Below are positions 54,088 to 64,000 of a DNA stretch of 64,000 nt, piece after piece. Numbering within the stretch: the stretch's first letter is position 1; every line of letters starts with the position of its first letter. The notes beneath the pieces are model-generated. The model ran no database searches. It saw only the letters and a program-made list of their open reading frames with translations, and was not told the origin of the DNA. The DNA comes from Octopus vulgaris. Lineage: Eukaryota. The DNA is taken from contig OX597820.1 of assembly GCA_951406725.2 (NCBI GenBank), forward strand, positions 116,374,001-116,438,000. Reading direction: 5' to 3'. Both the position numbers and the translations under genes were made by a program.

Positions 54088-54089
<2 letters not shown>

Positions 54090-54303
54090 GGCGGAGAGCT
54101 GGCAGAAACGTTAGCACGCCGGGTGAAATGCTCAGCAGTGTTTCATCTGTCTTTACGTTCTGAGTTCAAATTTCGCCGAGGCCGACTTTGCCATTCATCC
54201 TTTCGGGAATCGATAAATTAATTACTAGTTGCGTAGTGGGGGGTCGATCAAATCTACTGGCCCCCTTCCCCCAAAATTTCGGTTCCTAGAGTAGAAAAGA
54301 ATA
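54088..54303 (+). mobile_element. SINE family A (tail 2)
   Basis: Family match. Confidence 0.85.
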
Positions 54304-54356
54304 TTTATTCCATTTTTTGTTTTACTATATCTGTAGATTTTTAAAGCTGTACTTAA

Positions 54357-54508
54357 CTTTCAGCGTATTCTTTGATACTTTATAGTCCTTTGAATTAGCC
54401 CAGATCTTGTCAACGTCGTACGGCCCTTCAGTTGAGACTGCTGACCAATCGTATTCTAGCGCTAAGGACATACACTGCGGAAACTGGATAATCGAGCGAA
54501 TGTAAAAC
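54357..54508 (-). CDS. REJ-GPS gene exon 3 (FYIRSIIQFPQCMSLALEYDWS...VSKNTLK)
   Basis: caacag acceptor, open frame continuing exon 2. The 3' boundary is ambiguous: AAG|ttaagt at 54357 or AAA|gttaag at 54358. Confidence 0.82.
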
Positions 54509-55479
54509 CTGTTGCGATAAAATATTTAAAATAGTTTGATATTAATAACTACACTTGACTAATTAGTGAAATGTTGCTCGATTGGTTACAACCTTGTATT
54601 AGTCTATGTATTAGTTTAATTCATAGTTTCAGTTACCTCAAGCAAAGTTGATACGCAATAGAAACAGATGAAGAGAGAGAGAGAGAGAGAGAGAGAGTAA
54701 AAGAGAGAATGAAAGAGAAAGAGTTCAGAAAATATATATTCATACAGGCCAAACAGAGCATATGAACACACACACACACACACATGTATATATTTGTTCA
54801 CTCAACACACCTAATAAATATATTATTATATTATTGGTCCGACAGCTAGTAAATTTAAGACAAGATGGAATAACCACTTAGATACTTTTATATATAAAAG
54901 AAAATTGCATTGCTTATCTCTTGCAAAGTTATTTTGAAAACTAAAATACGAGAATGATGATTACACGATCTCATGGTATCCTCTGAACTACTTTTCATTA
55001 CGAAGGTCGAGGTCAAACTTGTGATTTATGTTTAAAGGAAGCTATTGAAATTCAAAAATACCGAACCAGTTTAATTAATCAACTCAATGAATTATTAATA
55101 AGGCGATCTCGACGCACATTTAAAAAAAAAAAATAGCCTTACCTAGTAAATAAGTAGTCATTGACTGTATTAGAAAATATAAAATATATACATGAATTTT
55201 GACAGTTACAGTTTGGCTGGTGGAGTGGTGTATGTGAGTTTGTGGTCGTAGTTACTGATTTGCGATGTTATGTTATCTAGACAGGAATAACGAACCTTAA
55301 CATTAAATGAGTTGAAGAGCTTCTGATGTTTGTACGTGAATGTGAATATCTTACTAGAGTTGGGAAATTCCTAGTCATTTTCCTCTTCTTATTTCTACTC
55401 TGCTGTGTAGTGGCTAGGATCTTATCCGCATAAAAAAAGTCTTCACTGATGCCGCTTCTAGCTGACATATATTTATAAT

Positions 55480-56530
55480 AGGGTTTGCTATAGTAAATTC
55501 ATCTCTGTCCCAGCACAAAGTCTCCTATCCATTCCTGTTACAATGCCACAAGGTTCCTGAATATAAGCAGTAGATGTTTGGCACTTTTTATGGATGTAAA
55601 TGGTATTCCCATTCAAATTTCTGTGAGAATGGTGTTTGTCTCTCTGTAAGTCTAAAGTGATGTCGAAGAAAATGACTATCATTACATTATTGATAATGAT
55701 TATTTTTAAGCCCAAATTCTTGAAGATTTTTTCATTAAATTCTTCCAGAATCTATCATTAGTGTAACCATTCATATTGTGTGTAATTGCTAAGCAATATT
55801 CTCTGTGCAATTTATCTACAGAGATAAATTGTACTAGTTTATATGTATTGGCAAAGAATCAGTGAATTCTCTCCATCGTTAATCACAGTTTTACATTGGC
55901 AAACATTCGAAGTATGTGCTTGTGATCAAACGATATTGTAATATGGAAGGTGTTGTATATGTTTGTATTTTTTGATGGGCGCCGTCGCTGATTAACGCTA
56001 TTAAAAAGGTTGAATACTTGTGTGTGGGTGAGAAATAATGTTTAGATTTAGAAAATTTCTGGCTATATTCGTGATAACATCTTGATTGGGGCTGATGCGA
56101 TTTCAGATAGTATGGATGTTAATCAATCCAAAACGATCTACCATTTCAGCTCTCTCCTAACATTCCATGGAGCTTTTCTTTTTGACCAAATGGAAAAGTA
56201 ACGTTCATTATGACCTCTGTACCCTGATCAGTGATTGTGGTGCACTCCACTAAAATGGCCAGATTTTAGGAGGAGGAGGAGGAGGAGGGGGAGAGAATTT
56301 GACATCGCGTAAATGTCTGCAATATAATTCAATGAACCTGTAGGACCCCTATTTTTAATGCAGTGTAACCACTGGATGATCGGAGTGATGCTGGTTTATT
56401 GTTCTCGACTCCTGATGCTTCTAATTTTAGGTTGACAGCTTCCAAAATACTTGTCAACTACTCCAAAATTACTCTTAGAAAAGTTTATTAACGCAAATTT
56501 GGAAAGGAAATTTAGCTTGCGATCTTCAGC
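55480..56530 (-). mobile_element. Heavily decayed Penelope-like element RT fragment
   Basis: GLKIII..IFFDITLDL..IYIHK and LINFSKSNFG..ILEAVN resemble Penelope RT motifs. Confidence 0.6.
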
Positions 56531-56922
56531 AACAGAAAACCCTGATAAGCTCAGTGACTACTACTAAATCCAGGCGATGACAGACAGTTTAAGGATTTTA
56601 AACTTACGGAAACAATATTTACATATCGCCCGACGGAACACAACTGGATCTCATAATACAGGGAAACAGTTGCATATTTAAGTATCTGCACAACTGGAGA
56701 ACTACATTGCATGGAAACAATTGTAGTGATTGAAAACAAATGTCCAACTGTACCCCTTCTTGTTGACCCCAATTGTTTTTCAATTATCTATTCTCACACG
56801 ACAAATGCCCAAATGCAAACCTGGAAGTACGTATAATACTTCAACTGGATAGCAGAGGGTGAAATCTGAAGGTGTGGACGAGCTTTATACTGTACTCTAC
56901 TATGTTCTTAATAGAATATACC

Positions 56923-56990
<68 letters not shown>

Positions 56991-58079
56991 GAAGGCAAAG
57001 GAAAAAATTTCTAAGCGTGCGTATTGTGAAAAAATTATATGGTTAATGGACAATATGTCCAATTTTTCGGCATATTTGGCATTAGAATTTTTTTCCTTTG
57101 CCCTCATTTATGAATTGTTTATAAATTTAACCTTTAAAGGTATTTTTTAATATGCTGGCCATTGATAAAATTTTCTTCGAAAAAAATTTTTTTTTCGAAG
57201 GAAATTTTATCCTCATTAGATATATATAAATATATATACATATAACTATGAGAGGTATATAAAAAAGGATATTCTTTAATACAGCGCAGCTAATTAGCAC
57301 TATTCAGGAGCAATGAGACTATAAGGTATGTTTCGAGTTTGAGACCATTAACCTTCCGCGTAAATGGCTTCAATCAAGCGATTTTTGTGAATTGTCAATT
57401 AAATTTTTATATTGTACAATATTCTTTAAAAACATATTTTAAAAAATTTCTTTATTTAATCAAAAAAATTTTTACAGTTAAAATTTTGAGTTGATCTTAT
57501 CTACCTCCCACATCCATCATCCATAATCTTATAGTTTATTTAAACGATTAGCTTAGGCACCATTCGTCTCGCCCCTCTCGCGTGAGCGTCTTCGTTTCAA
57601 CTTCCGTAATTTTAGGAAAATTCATAGATATTTAGAAATTTAGAAAATATTAAACAAAATTTTAATATTATCTTAAAACGTCTTTGTGCTTCGAAATTAT
57701 ATATTTTGAACTTTGAAAATCTTTTAAATCTTTAATGTACCTCTGATGAGAAAAATGCGGTCAATTGCTATGGGAGGAAAACTCGCCATTTGCAAACCAC
57801 AATTTTTCGAAACGATCATAAGAATATGTACTCTCTAAAGATTCCTCTTAATTCTTCGAGCATCCCCCCTCCTGGGATTCCTGCCTCCTAACCTCGTCGT
57901 CGATTCGTAAAATGTGAATGCTTACACCAAACATATTAATGAAAGTACATTTATGTATTATACGCTTTCCTGATTTGTATATTTGTACTTGAATTGATAC
58001 GGTATATAAATATGCGTATGATGCGAAGTGATTTAATATGATAAAGAGACTTGACCTTGAAATTTGTTCTCCAATCTTG

Positions 58080-58082
<3 letters not shown>

Positions 58083-58129
<47 letters not shown>

Positions 58130-58503
58130 CTGAAGTTGTCTGTGTGTGGCAGGTTTGGTAGCCTTCAACTAACACTATCTCCTTTAAGACCCTGAGGCGC
58201 AAGTTAACCAAAATTGAGAGTATGATAGAATAAGGCTTGCTCTTCCTTCCGTAGAAGAAAAAATTCAAATCGGACCTTGTTAACACCCAAAATTATTTAC
58301 ATAAAAAATGTCCTTTTTTTAATGAAAATCCCTATTTTTTACGATCTTTTGACTGTTGTGTCGCCATTTTTCGGTGTATTTCAACCAGAAAAATGTTCAC
58401 TTAAAGAGAATAACAAGCTACATAATGCAAAATTTTTACTTTTCAAAATTTCCAATTCTAAAGGGTCGAAACAAACCCGAGCAACGCCGGGCGATACTGC
58501 TAG
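58083..58503 (+). mobile_element. Non-autonomous Helitron-like element
   Basis: Copy of 50573-50964. Confidence 0.82.
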
Positions 58504-59422
58504 TATATATATATGTATATATATAACACGTTTCGACTAGTCAAATATTAAGCTAAATTTCCAAAAGGATCAATAAATCGTAAACAGTAAGTTAGAATAT
58601 TCAAAGTTACGACATTAGTCTACTTCATAAATATAGGGTAGTGCTAACCAACCCACAAAACTCTCCTAAACAAATATACCGAAAATAGGTAAAGCGTGGA
58701 TGAGGCTAGCAAGCGTATTTGTGGCCCCAGTATGAGATCCCTAGCAAAAGCTACAGAACTGAACAATGAAGAAAGTCCTCCGAGAGGAGATGGCTGGCAC
58801 GTTATAAGAGATTCGATGGGACGGACGTAATTGCAGCAACATCAGAAGGAAAGAAATAACGAGATGGCTAACCCAATATAGAACGGAGGCAATGAACCCC
58901 AGCTACGTAACACTGACAACTCGGGAAACCTGTCAGTAGCTGCTCAGTTGTAGAATAATTGAAATGTCTCCAGCTGGATAGAGCTAAAGAGATCTGGACC
59001 ACATTACTGACCTCATTAGTAGGAACAATTAAGAGGAAATTTAACAGTTTGAACTACAATCGTTTTCAATGTGTTAATAGGTTTTGTGACTTAAGAGTGA
59101 TAGGAAGTGTAACCAAATATGTCATCTGTTCATTGCGCTTAATATAGAATGAAGTCTAGAACTAACGATAAATATAACAAAACGTCAGCAAAGGATGTGA
59201 GCTTCATGGCCCGAGAGGCTTCCAGAGCAAATTCACAGTCTTGCTGTCAAGGCTTTAGACAAGAAAATTTAACAATTTCATGGCGATTTTAGACATTTCG
59301 TTTGAACGACACTGAAATAGTCAGTTTTAGAGAGAAAATTCGATAAAAAATTTCTAAATATAACGAAATATTGAGGTTTGTTATTATTTATATGTTGTAA
59401 TTTATATGTATTATATATTTAC

Positions 59423-59618
59423 GTGTCTGCAACTTGGATATTCTCTGTGTCGACATCGGATGAAAGATAGACGATTGGAATTGCATTGGCGTCTCTAATT
59501 ACCGTCAAAGAAGAAATGTCATACGTGTTCAGGAAATTCATCACTTTCAGTGTTACAGTGTATGTAGTTCCGATCTGTAAATCACTTGAGTTGAGCGTTA
59601 TCGAGTCCTGTGTGTTAT
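59423..59618 (-). CDS. REJ-GPS gene exon 2 (DNTQDSITLNSSDLQIGTTYTVTLKVMNFL...NIQVADT), phase 1-2
   Basis: ttctgcag acceptor, AC|gtaaat donor, 196 nt, phase matches both neighbours. Confidence 0.88.
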
Positions 59619-60751
59619 CTGCAGAAATTCAAGCATGTATCACCTTACAATATATAACCACCACGAATAAAAGCTTCTTAATAATACATCATTTTAAAAG
59701 TCACTAAATTAGGTCAAGTGTCTTGGCTAAGCACATCTCCTGACTCCTCATCATCTGGTTTTGCCTTGTTTATCTAATGGCCAAACTTCTCAGTGCTGTT
59801 ACATTAGAATAAAAATTGGAGCAAGTTTTAGTGAGTGACTTCACTTGAGATCGTGTTTAACCTGAAGTACTTACGGTATTGAACACAATGTGTCACAATG
59901 TAGACCACGCAGTTTCACTCCCGGATGGCAGCTGTTTCACTTCCCAAGCATTTTTACTTAGAAATTTGATATTGATGATGTTAAATACCCAGCATCTTCC
60001 TATTTATTGGTTTCGCAATTTTGCGCAGGGTCAATAATTTGGGGATAGAAGTTTAGTCGATTACATCGATCCAGTGCTCAACTGGTACTTACTTTATCGA
60101 CCCCGAAAGGGATGACAGGCAAAGTCAACTTGGGCGGAATTTGAACTCAGAACGTAAAGACGGACGAAACACCGGTAAATATTTTCCCCGGCGTTTTAAC
60201 GATTCTGCCAGCTCGCCGCTTTGATCTTCTCTGTCGACGTTGTTTATGCCGGGCTCTGCTGGGTTCTGTATTCTGTTGTATTTCAGAAAGATGCTGCTGG
60301 CCTGGTAAATAGTTTATAGAACCTAGATTGAAAAAGACACAGTTCGTATCGCATCACCTTCGTTGCGCTAACGCTATGTCCCCCGCTAAAAGTAACCCCT
60401 TAAATGATTAAAAAACATCCATAATCTGATGTCATGGTGCAGTTCACACTGTACACGGTGGGGTCTTACATAATAGATGAGTAATCAGTCTTACTAATAA
60501 TAATATATGTGGTGGAGGGGCATGGTAGAATCACTAACGAGTTTGACAAAATACTAAACGATATTTTTTCCGTTTTTTTTTAATCTTCTGGGTTCAAATT
60601 CCACCGAGATCGACTTTGCTTTTCATCCTTTCGGGGACGATAAAATGAATACCAGTTGACCTCTGAGGTCGATGCAGACAACTAAGCGACTGTACTAAAA
60701 TTCTGGTTTTGTATCAATTTTTTTTATATATCACTATTATTACCTCCGTTT

Positions 60752-61215
60752 GAGGCGGCGAGCTGGCAGAATCGTTAGAACGCCGGTTAAAATGCTTCGT
60801 GGTATTTCGTTCGGAAGGCGGCGAGCTGGCAAAAACGTTAGCACGCCGGTCGAAATACTTAGCAGTATTTCGTCTGGCATTACGTTCTGAGTTCAAATTT
60901 CGCCGAGGTCGACTTTGCCTTTCATCCTTTCGGGGTCGATTAAATAAGTACAAGTTACTCACTGGGGTCGATGTAATCGACTTAATCCGTTTGTCTTTCC
61001 TTGTTTGTCCCCTCTATGTTTGACCCTTTGTGGAATAATAAAGAAATAGGTATTTCGTTCGTCTTTACTTTCTGAGTTCAAATTCCACCAAGATCGATTT
61101 TGCCTTTCATCCTTTAAGGTTTGATAAAACAAGTACCAGTCAAATACTGGGGTTGATGAAATCCAGTAACCCCTTCCTTTAAGATTTCAGGCCTTGTGCC
61201 TATAACAGAAAGGGT
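60752..61215 (+). mobile_element. SINE A (tail 2) with a SINE A (tail 1) inserted at 60815-61048
   Basis: 13-bp target duplication GGTATTTCGTTCG at 60801-60813 and 61049-61061. Confidence 0.9.
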
Positions 61216-61652
61216 TATTACTATCCCTCATTTTATATATATATCCTTTACTTCAAGTATGAAGTCAATAATTACTTCGGGGCAACAGCCCCAGCGGCGA
61301 TGGTACCACCGCTAGTTGAAGTGGTGGTGATGGTGGTGGCACTGGGCTTCGTTGCGATAAGGAATTATAAAGCGACCTTTCTATGTGTTCACTTTATGTA
61401 TGCCACACGTGCAGGCTGAAATTACATGGCCATTGTACACTACATATACACCATGTACACTGCATAGTTATCATTCCTGTTTATAGATATACAGATGTAT
61501 ATACACGTACAATAGTGAAAGCTGCATATAGAATTTCCTATGTATACAACTTCTATATTGCTTCTACAGAACCCTACACGTTAATAAAATATGCACCATA
61601 ACATGTATACACATGCGTAGTGTATGTATATGTATGGACGTTACTATCTAAA

Positions 61653-61970
61653 GACTCCGCCGGTTACGACGACGAGGGTCCCAGCTGATACGATCAACGG
61701 AACAGCTTGCTCGTGAAATTAACGTGCAAATGGCTGAGCATTTCACAGACACGTGTACCCTTAACGTAGTTCTCGGGGATAATCAGCGTGACACAGAGAG
61801 TGACAAGGCTGACCCTTTGAAATACAAGTACAACTCATTTTTGCCAGCTGAGTGGACTGGAGCAACGTGAAATAAAGTGTCTTGCTCAAGGACACAACGC
61901 GCCGCCGGGAATCGAACTCACAACCTTACGATCATGAGCCGAATGCCCTAACCACTAAGCCACGCGCCCT
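61653..61970 (-). mobile_element. SINE family C, full length
   Basis: 12-bp target duplication ggacgttactat. Confidence 0.9.
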
Positions 61971-62059
61971 CGGACGTTACTATAAAGTGTCGTAGTATCA
62001 TTAAAGGCAAAAAAAAAAGTATGAAAGTACGAATGCCTGAGTGAAAGATTAAAATTAGA

Positions 62060-62983
62060 TAATTTTCTTTATTGGCCACACAGGGCTGAGCACAGAGGGA
62101 ATAAATACAAATGTGGAGCTTTTCTTTTCGAAAATGGAAAAGAAAAAGGAAAAACGGGAACAAATGTAAAATTCCGATCAAAGGGGATCGAGGAAACAAA
62201 AAGGCGATCAAAAGGGATCGTGTATCACAGAAGGAAATTTTTTAAAAAGTAAGAAACAAGATTAGGTTTATCCGTGGAAAGAAAAGCCTACGGAAAAGAC
62301 CATGGTAACCTCAGGCAGGAAAGAAATAAACACATGAGAGCAAAGTGCTCTCTCTCTCTCTCTCTCTCTCTTTTACGATTTACAGGATCATGCTCAAAGT
62401 GGTTTCGTCACTCGCACGCACCATCTTTGTTGCATTCACCCACCTTTTTTGAAACTTTCACGAGACAAAACCTGCCTCTCCCTTCTCACCTTTCTTTTCA
62501 AGTGGTACTTGAAAAAGTTGATGAGCGATTGGCCAGAGAGGTAGGTGTTTTCTCTAAACCTTTCGCTCGAGTCCACCACACACATTCTTTCACCATGGCC
62601 ACAAGTACCATGAAGACTGCCTTGCCTTCCCGGTTGAGGGAAGGTGGCGGAGCAATCTTCATGATAGACTCGGCCGACAGGCGGACTCGTCCCACACGTG
62701 ACTGCAGCGGTTCGGCATAAGCCCACAGGTCCGAAATGGATGGACACTGCACGAGTGCGTGCAGAACGGTTTCGTCGCTCTGACCGCATCGCGGGCAAGT
62801 CGGTCCGGTGTTCTCGAACCGTGCCTGTAGAGCTTATCCCGAACATGTAATGTTTCTCGATAGCACTGCCGGGCCAGGGATCTTTGGTGATTGTCCATAG
62901 GTCCTGGCCCGAAAGTTGTCTTGAACAGGCGGGTCAGGTGTTCCTCGTCGACGCCCAGATTATGCCCGAGAACGTCGTCGCAA
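62060..62983 (-). mobile_element. Tx1/L1-like LINE 3' fragment (ORF2 end with zinc finger, plus 3' UTR), frameshifted
   Basis: RETLHVRDKLYRHG..PTCPRCGQSDETVLHALVQCPSISDLW. Confidence 0.85.
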
Positions 62984-63400
62984 GATAGAAAGACAGATAG
63001 ATACAGATAATATGTGTGTGTATACAGAGAGAGAGAGAAAGAGAGAGAGAGAAGGGGGAAAAGGGGGAGAGAGGGAGGGAGGAAGAAAGAGAGGGTGGGA
63101 GAGGGAGAGAGAGCGGGAGAGAGAGAGAGGGGAAGGGAGAGTGGCGGAGAGATAACTATATACTTCATAAGTTTTATTATCGCAAAAATTATGAAGAGGA
63201 AGTGAAAGCGCCAGAGCTGAGAAATAATGTCCTTGCAAGTCATGTAAGGAAGAAAATATAAAGAATCGTATAAAACAATACAAGAAGGAGGCTGACGTGA
63301 GAATGTATAAGATTTAGGTTTTAATATTTTAGAAGACATAAAATAACAGAGGTGAAAGGTCAACTATGATAGATAAAGAGGTCAAGTATGATAGACTCAC

Positions 63401-63637
63401 CGACTATTGCCATGTTACCGGTCCATTCGTATTCTAACTTTCTACCGCCGCTTCCTCGACTCTTCGTACCCGTATACTGCACGACACCGCAGCTGGGTAT
63501 TTTTGAGGGACCTTCGATTACCGATTCCACAGAAACTGGTTGATCAGGATAGCCTACTGTGATAGTCGTTTCGTTAGGATAGGCATAACTCTGGCCTTTG
63601 GCTTTCACTGCATCGTTCTCAAAAGTCAAAAAAGAAC
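63401..63637 (-). CDS. REJ-GPS gene exon 1 in window (GSFLTFEND...KLEYEWTGNMAIV), phase 1-1
   Basis: ttttcag acceptor, G|gtgagt donor, 237 nt open. Confidence 0.9.
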
Positions 63638-63884
63638 CTGAAAAAAAAAAAAAAAGAATATTACTGAAGATTTCAAAACAAGAAATTACAATACTTGTGC
63701 CTCTACCAAAATCATTGGCTTCGCCAGTCACCAGTAACTATTTGGCTTGTATTTTCCATATCAACATAACACTGCAAAATAGTATTTTGTGAATATGTTA
63801 GTTTGGGGGCCATTGACATCACCTTCGGTCTCTCTCACTATTCTGACATTTCGTTTTTCTTTATTGTTTTTGTTTCAACAGATT

Positions 63885-64000
63885 CTATTGGACTCTTGTC
63901 ATCACTTCGACGAATGAGGATTCAGTGGGACACAGCTGCACGGTGTTCTCAGTTCAATGTTTTTGTCATGTCGTTTCATGTGGGAATACAGACCTGTCCA
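63885..64000 (-). mobile_element. RTE-clade LINE 3' end, continues outside the window
   Basis: TGLYSHMKRH C-terminal motif followed by a short 3' UTR. Confidence 0.6.

Overview
AT-rich, microsatellite- and transposon-saturated animal genomic DNA. The SINE families look like those of an octopus; this is inferred from remembered repeat sequences, not verified by a search. Almost all six-frame ORFs are microsatellite or repeat artefacts. Reading splice sites on the minus strand recovers one large gene across the window, with 18 phase-consistent exons (63637 to 5652, about 905 codons, both ends incomplete). It encodes a polycystin-1/receptor-for-egg-jelly-like ectodomain: REJ modules, an RKKR furin-type site, and a GAIN/GPS domain with an intact HL|T autoproteolysis motif, followed by a 21-nt microexon. 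No PLAT, channel or 7TM region is visible afterwards. One intron has a non-canonical AAG|TTAAGT donor. The introns hold three tRNA-derived SINE families; R4/Dong, Tx1/L1, CR1, RTE, Jockey-like and Penelope-like retroelement pieces; non-autonomous Helitrons; and MITEs. Notable non-coding signals are minimal type I hammerhead-ribozyme motifs, a SINE that shares its 3' tail with a Tx1-like LINE and has inserted into its own family, a minisatellite that grew inside a dead reverse-transcriptase gene, and a fold-back next to a small exon.
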